This document shows, piece by piece, positions 49,006-59,180 of a DNA stretch of 64,000 nt. A program made the translations under genes and the position numbers. The stretch comes from a virus. The notes below the pieces were generated by a model. That model ran no database searches and was not told where the DNA came from. It worked only from the letters and a program-made list of their open reading frames with translations. The DNA lies in UHGV virus genome UHGV-0277504, one strand, 5' to 3'. Numbering within the stretch: the first letter of the stretch is position 1; each line of letters starts with the position of its first letter.

Positions 49006-49617
49006 TTAAATATTATCAAGAAGGTTGTCTATCAACTTATCTTCATCTTTATTACTTGTTTCAGTTACCTTAGAATCAACCTTCTTATATGGAATTGTCT
49101 CAAATTCCGAATAGTGATTAATAATATAGCAAGGTTTAAATCCAGTCAACCCGTCTATCGTGGTTATTAAAACATCGTAATAAAATTTATCTTCACGTAT
49201 ATTTTTGATAATAAAATCAGTTCTCATAACAGGATATTCTTCTTCTCTTAAGTCGTTATAAACTTCTTCAATATATGGTAAAGCAACATAAGTAGAAGCC
49301 CTATTTCTAGTAAAAATAAGACAAGGTACTTTTCCTACCTCGTCACTATCATTTACTACTTGTTGCCACCATGTATGTGGTTCTTTATTATTAAGCAATA
49401 CGTTATCAATTAACCAATTTTCACGATGTTTACATTCTATAACAAGAGGAAAGTTAGAGCCTGCTGGAGTAACAATATCACCTACTGCGTTATTATCGCT
49501 AGCCCAACTTGCTCCTCCTGATTGTGGAGAGCGGTTAAATTTCTCACCCCACCACTCCCCTAGAATTTTGGCTGTCTTTCTCTCAAACGCATCGCCTTTC
49601 TTTTTAGAGTTAGTCAT
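49006..49617 (-). CDS. putative Holliday-junction resolvase (Hjc-like PD-(D/E)xK nuclease)
   Basis: KKKGDAFERK N-terminus and D...ECK motif reminiscent of Hjc. Confidence 0.45.
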   Translation of the reverse strand: MTNSKKKGDAFERKTAKILGEWWGEKFNRSPQSGGASWASDNNAVGDIVTPAGSNFPLVIECKHRENWLIDNVLLNNKEPHTWWQQVVNDSDEVGKVPCLIFTRNRASTYVALPYIEEVYNDLREEEYPVMRTDFIIKNIREDKFYYDVLITTIDGLTGFKPCYIINHYSEFETIPYKKVDSKVTETSNKDEDKLIDNLLDNI

Positions 49618-50044
49618 TTTTAGGTGTCATTTTAACGACTTTCTCAGAATCTTCCTGTTTATCTGGTTCTTTATCTGGCTCAAAACTATCTTCTTGTTGT
49701 TTTTTAAACTCTTCTTGTTTATTTTGTAAGAATTCTTCACGTTTTTTATTTACTTTCTCAGATGCTTTTTTAGCTTGTTCATCTGTAATACCTACTTCAG
49801 ATTCTAATAAAACTAAAATTAAATCAATATAGTTCCATGCATTATCAATAATACCTAATAGTTCTCGTTGGTTTTGTTCAGAAATTCTTTGAGCAATTAC
49901 AGTAGCTGTCTCTAAGTCTACTTGTTTTTTACCAATCTCTTGTAATTCTTTTTGTTGTTTTTGTGTAATTTCTGAACCTTCTGCTTTTGCTTTTAATAAA
50001 GTTGTTAACCATGTTTTTAATTCTGTTTCTGTTACTTTAGTCAT
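49610..50044 (-). CDS. hypothetical protein
   Basis: ORF. Confidence 0.45.
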   Translation of the reverse strand: MTKVTETELKTWLTTLLKAKAEGSEITQKQQKELQEIGKKQVDLETATVIAQRISEQNQRELLGIIDNAWNYIDLILVLLESEVGITDEQAKKASEKVNKKREEFLQNKQEEFKKQQEDSFEPDKEPDKQEDSEKVVKMTPKND

Positions 50045-50355
50045 TATTCATTCTCCTCTTCTTCTTTATCAATTTCTTCTAATTTTTCTTGAATAAAATC
50101 AATCACATCATCATTAATCATATCAGCTTGTCTTAAAGCATCAATTAGGATATTGAGGTTCATATTATAACTTTCTTCAATATCATCTAACTGTTTAGAT
50201 ACTCCCATAGTTAAGTTAGTAATTGCTTTAGCTAAGTCTGTATAAGAAGCTGTTTTATCTTTTCCTTCTTCTTCTAATTGGTTAGCTCTTTGGTAGTTTT
50301 CTGTTGATTGAGCTGTAATATACGAATCAATAAAATTTAAAATATCTTTTTCCAA
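50044..50355 (-). CDS. hypothetical acidic protein
   Basis: ORF. Confidence 0.45.
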   Translation of the reverse strand: MEKDILNFIDSYITAQSTENYQRANQLEEEGKDKTASYTDLAKAITNLTMGVSKQLDDIEESYNMNLNILIDALRQADMINDDVIDFIQEKLEEIDKEEEENE

Positions 50356-50416
50356 ATTGTTTCCTCCTTTTAATTCTTAATTATTATTATACCACAAATA
50401 ATAATATTATGCAAGT

Positions 50417-51472
50417 CTATTTGTAAAATTTTTGTTGTAATTTGTACCTAGAAATACCTTCTGGTGTAGCTAGTATTTTATTATTTTTAATAATCTCTAT
50501 AGCTTTCTTAACACCTAAATCATTAGCATCTTGTTTTCCATGAGGTACTACAAAAACATTTTTATGTGTTGTATATAATTTAGAAGCCAGTGATACATTT
50601 TGTGTTATAGTATCACTATCTAAAAATATAAATATTGGTGTCTCTTCATCTATATTTAACTTAAGTAGTTTTATTTGCTCTTCTGATACATGTTTACCTA
50701 ATGTTGCTACACCGTATTTTCCGAATGTTAAAGCATCAAATACACCTTCAGTAATAATTACAAAAGACTGATGTTTAGCGATGTTTAAATTAAATACAAT
50801 ATCTTTTTTTCCTATATCGTATTCATCTCCAGGTGCATTGAGAGTTTTAATATAAGGATTTTTTTCTATACTTCTAGTATTCCAATATTGATATTTGCCT
50901 TCGTTATCATAAGTAAAAAATATAACACTGTTTGTAAGTTTTATTTTTTCTTCCTTGTTAGCCTTCCAACACCATCCTTCTATTATATAACCGATATTAT
51001 AATTAACAATTTGATTATATGTTATACCTCTACTGTAAAGGTAGTCAAAGAATGGTTTAGCCTCAGTATTATTTACGTTATCTTTTAAATATTTAAACCC
51101 AGTAGGTAATTCTGGAGGTTTGATACTTACTTGTTTTTTAGTAGTATCTACACCCCTCATCATTAAAATAAGTCGTTCACTTGTTGTTAGAGTATCGTCA
51201 CCATAATCAACAATATTAAAATTATCTAATTCTATATCGTGACCTTCTAATATATCCTTAGCACCTTTACTACTAACGTTAAAATATGCTTTCATAAAAG
51301 TAAATGGATTACCTACACGTTCACATTTAAAACATATATATTGCCCTGTTTCTTCATGTACATAAAACTTATACTTTTTCTCCCCACAAAAAGGACAACA
51401 ATATCTTTTTTCTCCTATTGTATTTTCTTTAGGTCTTCCTATTTCAGAAGTTAAAAAGTCTGTAAATTCCAT
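50417..51472 (-). CDS. DNA primase (DnaG-like, zinc-binding + TOPRIM)
   Basis: CCPFCGEKK...CFKC zinc finger, TOPRIM-like IIITEGVFDAL and FLDSD. Confidence 0.65.
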   Translation of the reverse strand: MEFTDFLTSEIGRPKENTIGEKRYCCPFCGEKKYKFYVHEETGQYICFKCERVGNPFTFMKAYFNVSSKGAKDILEGHDIELDNFNIVDYGDDTLTTSERLILMMRGVDTTKKQVSIKPPELPTGFKYLKDNVNNTEAKPFFDYLYSRGITYNQIVNYNIGYIIEGWCWKANKEEKIKLTNSVIFFTYDNEGKYQYWNTRSIEKNPYIKTLNAPGDEYDIGKKDIVFNLNIAKHQSFVIITEGVFDALTFGKYGVATLGKHVSEEQIKLLKLNIDEETPIFIFLDSDTITQNVSLASKLYTTHKNVFVVPHGKQDANDLGVKKAIEIIKNNKILATPEGISRYKLQQKFYK

Positions 51473-51483
51473 ATTACCATAAC

Positions 51484-52083
51484 CTATCTTACTTTAATTA
51501 TTTTTTTCATAATAACTAACATATTATAAATCTTACCTAACATATCATAAGTATAATCTGTTGAAGCATCTGTATGTTGTAATGCTTCTGATACTTGTGT
51601 ATCTTTACTTTTTAGATTAAACTTCTTAAGATACCTATCAGACAATGATTTCTTGTATCTTTCCAAAGAAACATCTTTCATTGTATTTAACATAACTCCT
51701 ACAATATCGAAACCTTCATCAACATCTTCTTGTGTAAATTTATCTTTAATTGTAGTAATACCATATTCTTCAGCTTTTTTAATTACTTTCATATTATATT
51801 TTTCTACAATAGGATTATACCATGTATTTAAATTACATCTGTAACCCTCTTCTTTTTTTAATGAAGAATTGTTATCACTAATACCATAAGATGTTGGTAA
51901 ATAAGACCGTAATCTTTTTAATTCTAAAAAGTTTTTATCTTTTGCTAATTTATAATCATAAGAATTAGATAATGGATACCAATTAATTATAGATTCAATA
52001 GGTGCTTTAAATTTTACATATGAATCTTTTTTATGATATACCATAACTTCTACTTCTTGTTTATCTTTAAATACTAATTTCAT
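51484..52083 (-). CDS. hypothetical protein
   Basis: ORF. Confidence 0.5.
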   Translation of the reverse strand: MKLVFKDKQEVEVMVYHKKDSYVKFKAPIESIINWYPLSNSYDYKLAKDKNFLELKRLRSYLPTSYGISDNNSSLKKEEGYRCNLNTWYNPIVEKYNMKVIKKAEEYGITTIKDKFTQEDVDEGFDIVGVMLNTMKDVSLERYKKSLSDRYLKKFNLKSKDTQVSEALQHTDASTDYTYDMLGKIYNMLVIMKKIIKVR

Positions 52084-52090
52084 ATTTTTT

Positions 52091-54004
52091 TTATCCCTTC
52101 TCTAGTCTTGATACTCCATCTTCTTTAACCATTGTAATTACATTCTCAAACAATGGTTTAAGAGATTCTGAATGAGTAATAACAAAAATAGTACTTACAG
52201 TTTTAAGTCTATCTTTTAATAGCTTAACTACGTTCTCACAACCTATAGTATCTAAACCATCAAAGCACTCATCATATAAAGCAATATTAGTAGAAATATC
52301 ATCTTTAGACATGATTAAATCTTGAATTGCAAAACTAATTGATAAATCAATTCTTTTTTGTTCTCCTGCTGAGTTAGCTTTGTAAGATTCTCCACCATTA
52401 CTATTTTTAACAATTACATCAAACTTATCTTTAAGTTCTCCTTTTGAATTCTTAACTTGTGTTTGGAATTCAATTTCAATATCGGAGCCTGATAATGTTT
52501 GTAAATACTCATTAGCTCTTTCATTTAAGAATGGTGTAATGAAATCTAGTACTACAGAACGTATACCTTTATTACCAAACGCATCTACTGCATTACTGTA
52601 TTTGTTTTTCTTCGTCTCTAATTGTACCACTTTATCTTTATGTTTGTCAATAGCTTTATCAATATCATTTTGTTCTTTTTTGTATAATTTTTCATCAGGT
52701 TTTTCAATATATGAGTAATCATTAAGTGTTGGTTTTTGTAAACCTGATTTACTATTTTCTAATTGACTAATATTGTTATACACTTCTTGTTGTTGTTGAT
52801 ATTGTTTTTGTATTTCTCTATCGTGATTTTGTTTTTGTAAATCTTCTTCTTTCATCATTTGTTCTAATTGGTTAATCTTAGTTTCTAATTCTCTTTTTTT
52901 ATCTTCTATTTTTTGTTTATTTTCTTTATGTTGTTTTAACTTTTCGTGTTCTTGTGATATTTGTGTCTCCATATTTTCTTTTTCTTTTACTTTGTGTGAA
53001 TTATCAATTGGAGAACCACAAACAGGGCAATGGTCGTTTGTATCTAGTTGATTAATCTTAGATTGGATACTTCTAATTTCTTGGTCTACTACTCGTTCAG
53101 ACAATTCTTCTTGATTCCAAACGGGCATTAACTTATCATTTATATTGTTTTTAATAAGTTCAATACCTTCTTTTGCTTTATTATAGTTATCACTGAAAAT
53201 AAACTCTGTATTTTCAATTTCAGGTATATTTTGTTTTAATGTGTTAATTTGTTCATCTAATTCTTTAACTTTGTTATTATATTCTTCTTGTCTTTGTTTG
53301 AAAGTTTCTTCCTCTTGTTTCTTTTGTTCCATTACTTGGTTATACTTAGACACTTCTTTATCAAACTGTTCTTGTTTTAGTTCTTTTTGGTATCCTAGTT
53401 TTTCAATTTCTTGCTGTTCTTTATTTTGTTGTTCTTCTACTTCTTTTACTTTTTCCTTAGCTACATCTTGTGCTTTTTTATAGACTTCTACTTTTGTAAT
53501 TGATTCTAAAATCTCTTTTTTACCTTTATCTGTTGCTTGTGAAAACATAGGAATATCTCCCTGTCCGTAAATAATGGCATTGACATAGGTATTAAAATCA
53601 ATTCCAAATAAATCTTGTATTTGTTTATCTGTCACATCATTTGTAGAGCCTGTAATTTCTTTATCATTACAAAATAATTTAACTTTGTTTTTAAATTCCT
53701 TATGTTTTCTATATCGTTCAACTCTATAATTATCTTCTCCAATATTAAAAGATAAAATAACTGATGTATTTTTCTTTTCATACTTGTTAACTACATCATC
53801 TGCTTTTAATCCTTTTTCTGTTTTACCATATAAAGCATAAGTAATAGATGACACTAAAGTAGATTTTGAACTACCATTAGAATCAAAAGAATCATTAGTT
53901 TTATTTACCCCTTCAATCAAAATTAATCCTTGGTTATCTAACTCTAATTCTGCTTCTTTAATTGCCATAAAATTATTCATTTTAACATACTTAAATTTAA
54001 CCAT
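52091..54004 (-). CDS. SbcC/Rad50-like ATPase
   Basis: N-terminal Walker A GSSKST, long coiled coil with CPVCG zinc hook, C-terminal ABC signature and Walker B LYDECFDGLD. Confidence 0.7.
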   Translation of the reverse strand: MVKFKYVKMNNFMAIKEAELELDNQGLILIEGVNKTNDSFDSNGSSKSTLVSSITYALYGKTEKGLKADDVVNKYEKKNTSVILSFNIGEDNYRVERYRKHKEFKNKVKLFCNDKEITGSTNDVTDKQIQDLFGIDFNTYVNAIIYGQGDIPMFSQATDKGKKEILESITKVEVYKKAQDVAKEKVKEVEEQQNKEQQEIEKLGYQKELKQEQFDKEVSKYNQVMEQKKQEEETFKQRQEEYNNKVKELDEQINTLKQNIPEIENTEFIFSDNYNKAKEGIELIKNNINDKLMPVWNQEELSERVVDQEIRSIQSKINQLDTNDHCPVCGSPIDNSHKVKEKENMETQISQEHEKLKQHKENKQKIEDKKRELETKINQLEQMMKEEDLQKQNHDREIQKQYQQQQEVYNNISQLENSKSGLQKPTLNDYSYIEKPDEKLYKKEQNDIDKAIDKHKDKVVQLETKKNKYSNAVDAFGNKGIRSVVLDFITPFLNERANEYLQTLSGSDIEIEFQTQVKNSKGELKDKFDVIVKNSNGGESYKANSAGEQKRIDLSISFAIQDLIMSKDDISTNIALYDECFDGLDTIGCENVVKLLKDRLKTVSTIFVITHSESLKPLFENVITMVKEDGVSRLEKG

Positions 54005-54491
54005 TATTTATATCTCCTTTCGTAACTCTAAAGAAACAATGATGAGAACCGTAATCAATCCAATAGTATTCATCATGTTCTATAATTCTATTATAGTAAT
54101 GTTTTTCAAAATTACTGTCGTCAAAAATCTTTTTTATTTTAGATAAACCATCTTCTAAACCTTCAACATTACAAATGTTTTCTATTACATTATCTGAATC
54201 TTCAAACTGTAATATTGGTTTACTTTTATCTAAATCTTTACTTACCACATTACTTATATCTAATGTATTGATTTTAGGTTTCATATCTTTAAGCACTTCC
54301 CATAAATCATCTACTACTCTATTCCAATCTTCAGCTAAATTCTCTTCATCACTTATATCTAAATAATTATTATATCGTTTCAACATTTGATTAACTCCTT
54401 TTTTTATTATATATAAATTATACCACTTAACTTTTAATAAGTCAAGTGGTATTTTTATTTTACTTAATTTATTTGTGCTTCTTTTAAACAC
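53997..54491 (-). CDS. hypothetical protein
   Basis: ORF. Confidence 0.45.
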   Translation of the reverse strand: MFKRSTNKLSKIKIPLDLLKVKWYNLYIIKKGVNQMLKRYNNYLDISDEENLAEDWNRVVDDLWEVLKDMKPKINTLDISNVVSKDLDKSKPILQFEDSDNVIENICNVEGLEDGLSKIKKIFDDSNFEKHYYNRIIEHDEYYWIDYGSHHCFFRVTKGDINNG

Positions 54492-55498
54492 TCTAATAAC
54501 TCATCTTTTGAACCAGGGTAATACTTATCTGCAAAACTAGATACTATCTCAGAAGGACTGTCAGAAACATCTGAATCAATTCTCTTTTCTATTGTGTACT
54601 CTTTTTGCATTTGTACTTGTACATTTTTATCTTCCATACCTTTATCCAGTTCAAATACTTTAGCCTGTTCTGGTGTTCCGATAAATCTAATAAAATGATT
54701 TTTATTGATTAGTTCCTCTAATTCTTCTGGTGGATTATCTCCTTGTATAGTAATAAATTTTCTAGTATCTAAAGGTATAAACTCTGTTGTTAATTTATCC
54801 GTATCAATTAAATGTACCCCGTTAGCTTCTTGTTCATCACTAAATGATTGTTGCATTAAGCTCCCACCGTACATATGATTTGTATTTTTAAAATACTGTC
54901 TTCTATGGTAATGTCCTAGTAAAATAAAATCATATTCATTAGGCATCAAATCTTGATAACCAAAAGCACCCTCTAGTCTATGTGACCCTTTACCTGTTAA
55001 GCTACCTTCTACACCTAAATGACCTACTAAAATATTAACTTTACCTTCTACATAAGAGTTTTTAATAAACTCTTTAATTTCTTCAGTCTCATCACCATAA
55101 GCACACATTGTAAGTTGTACTTTACTACTCAACGGTTCTGTTCTTAAAGACTTTGTAACCTCTACATTAGGTAATGTTTCAAATATATCAATACTTGAAG
55201 AAGTGTACAAACTATTAGATACTGCATCATGATTTCCTCTAACCATATATACTTTAACATCTTGATTGTTAGCAAATACTTCAAATACTTTATTATATAC
55301 TCTAGTGTCTACAGCATTTCTTTTATGGAATAAATCCCCTCCAAAAATAACTTTAGCCTTATTTTCTCTTGCAATATCAAAAACTTTCTGTAGTGTTTCT
55401 ATTTGTTCTCTAAATCTATCATTTGTAAATTCCTCATCTGGTTTACTATAGTTTGTAAATAAATGAAAATGACTGTCAGTAAAAAATATAAATTTCAT
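54464..55498 (-). CDS. SbcD/Mre11-like nuclease
   Basis: FFTDSHF, GGDLFH, VRGNHD calcineurin-type motifs. Confidence 0.7.
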   Translation of the reverse strand: MKFIFFTDSHFHLFTNYSKPDEEFTNDRFREQIETLQKVFDIARENKAKVIFGGDLFHKRNAVDTRVYNKVFEVFANNQDVKVYMVRGNHDAVSNSLYTSSSIDIFETLPNVEVTKSLRTEPLSSKVQLTMCAYGDETEEIKEFIKNSYVEGKVNILVGHLGVEGSLTGKGSHRLEGAFGYQDLMPNEYDFILLGHYHRRQYFKNTNHMYGGSLMQQSFSDEQEANGVHLIDTDKLTTEFIPLDTRKFITIQGDNPPEELEELINKNHFIRFIGTPEQAKVFELDKGMEDKNVQVQMQKEYTIEKRIDSDVSDSPSEIVSSFADKYYPGSKDELLECLKEAQIN

Positions 55499-56061
55499 TA
55501 TTTATTATCCCCCATCAATTCAAGTAAGTATCCTACTAAATCATCAATAGTATCATATATAAGTGTATTAGTTAAACTATTTCCATAATTAGGTCTTAGA
55601 TAAGTTATAGAAGTACCTTGTATACTAACTAATTTTACATACCTTTCGTTTATAAATTCTACTATAACTGATTCCGTTATAAAATTTTTGTATACTTGTA
55701 CCTCATTCCATATGTTCTTAACAATGTAATCTTTAGGAACTTTATTTTTAATATATTTATAAATATCTTGTGTAGTCAAAGGCTCTATCTTAACTTCCTT
55801 TTCAAATATATCTAAATATAAATAATCTAATGCTTCATCAGGTATACTATCGCTTTTATTTTCTTTTTTAAAATATCTAGTTACACCTCTTTTATTATTA
55901 TCCACCCTAACTATATTATCAAAATTATATACTGTTAGTAATGTAGTTTTACTGTTTCTTAATATTGTCTCACAGTATCCTAAATAAAAGTATTGCTCTA
56001 TTATAAAGTCATCAGGCTTTACAATTATTAAGTTAATCTTTAGTTGTTTATTAGTAAGCAT
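55498..56061 (-). CDS. hypothetical protein
   Basis: ORF. Confidence 0.5.
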   Translation of the reverse strand: MLTNKQLKINLIIVKPDDFIIEQYFYLGYCETILRNSKTTLLTVYNFDNIVRVDNNKRGVTRYFKKENKSDSIPDEALDYLYLDIFEKEVKIEPLTTQDIYKYIKNKVPKDYIVKNIWNEVQVYKNFITESVIVEFINERYVKLVSIQGTSITYLRPNYGNSLTNTLIYDTIDDLVGYLLELMGDNK

Positions 56062-56366
56062 TACTCAACCTCCAAGTCTACTGTATCATGGTCTGACCAC
56101 TCATCAAGCGTTAAATGTAATGGTTCAGTATCCAAATATAGTGATAACGTGCTCTCTATATATTCATTAATTTCAACACAAATATCATCAATTACAGATT
56201 TTTTAGTACCTTTTTTTACTGTATCTCCTACAGTTTCTTTAATTATCTTTTTTAATTCTTCTTCATCTGCTAAGTAGTTTACCATATCTTCTTTTGCGGT
56301 TTTACTTAACTTTGAGTATTTTAAAAAATTTGTTTTACCTTGTAATTCTCTAATTGTTAATTTCAT
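56061..56366 (-). CDS. hypothetical acidic protein
   Basis: ORF. Confidence 0.45.
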   Translation of the reverse strand: MKLTIRELQGKTNFLKYSKLSKTAKEDMVNYLADEEELKKIIKETVGDTVKKGTKKSVIDDICVEINEYIESTLSLYLDTEPLHLTLDEWSDHDTVDLEVE

Positions 56367-56438
56367 TTAACCTACTCCTTTATTTTATTATACATAAATT
56401 ATACCACTTAACTTTTAATAAGTCAAGTGGTATTTTTA

Positions 56439-57878
56439 CTAAATTTCAATTCCTCCAAAATTATTATTTATAGTTTCTATCTTACTTTGTTTTTTATCAA
56501 AAGTATTAGGTCTATCTTTACCATTATCTGATAATAATTGTTTATGCTCTGCTTCTTCTTCAGGTGTCTCATCTCTTACACGCATTTTACTTGGTTCTAC
56601 TTTTAAGTGAACAAATCTTTCACCTGTATTTGAACTATTTCGTATTTTATCTAAATAAAGTCTTAAGTAACCGTTTTTAAATTCTTCATCTTTTTGGTTT
56701 ACTGCAAGTGCTACTTCCACAGCATTTAATATTTTTCTAGAACCTTCTACATGCTCACTTGTAATAACATCAGCACCGTATGCTGTTCTATTAGTTTGAG
56801 CTAAAGTCCAGCATACAAACTGGTATTGTTGTGCTAATCTTCGAATCTCTTCAAATAATTTACCTCCAGCATCTGATTCTGAATAATTTCTTGCATAAGG
56901 GTTACGCATCAAATGTGGGTAGTCAATAATTACAACATCAATACGTTTATCGTACTTTATTCTTGTATTTACGATTAACTGTTCTAAGTCATTAGGGGAT
57001 ACTTGCTGTGGCATGTGTTTAGATAAAAAGTACTCACCAAAGAAAGGTCTATTTTCTTCATATTTCTTTTGTAAAGCTTTATATACATCTTCATTTAATT
57101 GCATATTCTCATCAATTAAATGCTTTTTCTCTACACCTAACATTTGTTGCTCTGCTCTTAAAATCATTCTATCCATGTTCTCCTCTAGTGCTACATATAG
57201 AACATTTAAACCAGAACGTACATAGTTCTTAGCTAGATTAGAAGCCATCAATGACTTACCTCTACCTGTGGGAGCCATAACTAATCCTACTTCACCTCTA
57301 GCAATTCCTCCTTCTATTTGCTCATCAATAGAAGCAAACCCTGTAGAAAATTTATTTTTAGCAATATGCTTTAACTCATGTAATTTTTTATCAGTATCTG
57401 AAAAGAAATCAATAAACTCACCACTAGTACCAGCAATATCTTTTACTTCTATTTCTTTTAATTTTTCTACAAGTTCTGTTAAATTATCAGAATCTTCTTG
57501 TTTATTTTCTATAATAAATTTAGTCAAAACATTTTTAGACATTTCTGTTTTAACATATTTATTTATTTCACTATTTATAGAATCATCTTCATTATCTAAC
57601 TTAACTTTTGTTAAGTTATCCATATATTGTATTGTATTAGTAATAGTATCTTCTTCACATTTATTTTTTGTCATTATATCTTCTATTTTAATAGCTAATG
57701 ACTCTGTAGATATATGTTCTGAAGTATGTGATTTTCTTTTTATTGCTGTATAAATATATTTCATTTCCTCAGATTCATCTGAGAATAGATGCTTAGGTAG
57801 GTTAGTTAAAACCTCTCTAGCAAAATTAATATCATTCATTGATTTATGAAGGATGACTTCCTTTATTCGTTTACTCAA
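56439..57878 (-). CDS. DnaB-like replicative helicase
   Basis: C-terminal RecA-like domain with GLVMAPTGRGKSLMASNLA (Walker A) and surrounding DnaB-type motifs. Confidence 0.6.
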   Translation of the reverse strand: MSKRIKEVILHKSMNDINFAREVLTNLPKHLFSDESEEMKYIYTAIKRKSHTSEHISTESLAIKIEDIMTKNKCEEDTITNTIQYMDNLTKVKLDNEDDSINSEINKYVKTEMSKNVLTKFIIENKQEDSDNLTELVEKLKEIEVKDIAGTSGEFIDFFSDTDKKLHELKHIAKNKFSTGFASIDEQIEGGIARGEVGLVMAPTGRGKSLMASNLAKNYVRSGLNVLYVALEENMDRMILRAEQQMLGVEKKHLIDENMQLNEDVYKALQKKYEENRPFFGEYFLSKHMPQQVSPNDLEQLIVNTRIKYDKRIDVVIIDYPHLMRNPYARNYSESDAGGKLFEEIRRLAQQYQFVCWTLAQTNRTAYGADVITSEHVEGSRKILNAVEVALAVNQKDEEFKNGYLRLYLDKIRNSSNTGERFVHLKVEPSKMRVRDETPEEEAEHKQLLSDNGKDRPNTFDKKQSKIETINNNFGGIEI

Positions 57879-58060
57879 ATCTTCTCACTGCTACTAAAAA
57901 ACATACTTAAATGTATTTAGAAAGTTTCCCCTTTCACTGTGGTTAGTTGTATTTACAACTAGGTCTAAAAACCACTCCCAGAGCGTTAATTCCGATGTAG
58001 CCCACCGTATTTAGTACATTTAAAGTAAGTTACTAATTTTTAGTAACTTTCTCCTTTCTT
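57879..58060 (-). ncRNA. structured GC-richer non-coding segment immediately 3' of tnpB; candidate omega-RNA/IS right-end
   Basis: 182 nt with no ORF, locally GC-richer than the genome, perfect hairpin aagttactaa-ttttt-agtaactt at about 58022-58047. Confidence 0.35.
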
Positions 58061-59167
58061 TTACACTAGTACTGTGTATTCTTTTGCCTGTTTTAAATTA
58101 ATACTTGCATTTATATCTCTATCTTCTATTGTACCACAATTTTCACATTTGTAAACTCTTTTATTTAAAGGCATTTTTTGTCTATTTCCACACTGGTTAC
58201 ATATCTGACTAGATGGATAAAATCTATCAACTTGCCTTAGCTCTATCCCATATTGATAGCATTTCCACTTCAACCATTCAACAATGTAACCTAATCCTAT
58301 TTGCTGAAAAGCGTTAGACAATCTTTTATTTTTCATCATACCTTTAATATTTAAATTTTCTATAATAATAAATTGTGGGTTTTCTTGAACAATAGATAGA
58401 ATATTTTTTCGTTTAATATCTCTCTTTAAATTAGATATTTTTCTGTATAGTCTTTGTACTTTTAATAATTGTTTAAACCAATTATTAGATTTCTTTTGTT
58501 TTCTACTTAATTTTCTTTGCTGTCTTTTTAATGATTTATTTAGTTTAATAAGTCTTTTGTTCTTTCTTAAATCTGTTATTTTAACACCTGAAGGTGTGAA
58601 CAATGTGTCTTTTAAACCTAAATCTATACCTATTCCTTCTGTTTGAAGTTTCTTAAAGATAATCTTAGGTTCTTCATCAACTAAAACAGAAACATAGTAC
58701 CTATCAAATTCTTTTGATATTGTTGCTGACTTTATATTGTGTTTTGGTATATAACCTTTTTCTTTTAATCTTACCCATTTTAAGTTTGGAAGTTTTATTC
58801 TATGTCTTTCTATTTTAATAGTTCCTATTAAGTAGTAAGAACCATTACTTTGTTTTTTCTTAAAATTAGGGTACCCACTATTATAATTCCAAAACCTATT
58901 ATAAGCATTTTCTGCATTTGCCATGGCTTGTTTTATAGCTTTGGTACTCACTTCTTTAGTCCACTTTTTATCTTCATTATTTGGAATAAATTCATTGTTA
59001 TACCATACACTAAACTTCATATGATTTAAAAATTTCAAACCATTGTCATAACGAATTTTATTAATTTCTATAAATTTATTATAAACACTTCTACAAGCAT
59101 TAATTGTTTTATTAATTTCTTTTATTTGTTTTTTATTTGGTTTTATCTCTGTTTTATATCGTATCAT
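58061..59167 (-). CDS. tnpB: IS605-family TnpB (RuvC + zinc finger)
   Basis: RuvC-I IGIDLG, E in IIENLNIKG, CNQCG...CENCG zinc finger, RuvC-III DRDINASINL. Confidence 0.8.
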   Translation of the reverse strand: MIRYKTEIKPNKKQIKEINKTINACRSVYNKFIEINKIRYDNGLKFLNHMKFSVWYNNEFIPNNEDKKWTKEVSTKAIKQAMANAENAYNRFWNYNSGYPNFKKKQSNGSYYLIGTIKIERHRIKLPNLKWVRLKEKGYIPKHNIKSATISKEFDRYYVSVLVDEEPKIIFKKLQTEGIGIDLGLKDTLFTPSGVKITDLRKNKRLIKLNKSLKRQQRKLSRKQKKSNNWFKQLLKVQRLYRKISNLKRDIKRKNILSIVQENPQFIIIENLNIKGMMKNKRLSNAFQQIGLGYIVEWLKWKCYQYGIELRQVDRFYPSSQICNQCGNRQKMPLNKRVYKCENCGTIEDRDINASINLKQAKEYTVLV

Positions 59168-59180
59168 AATTACTCATCTC

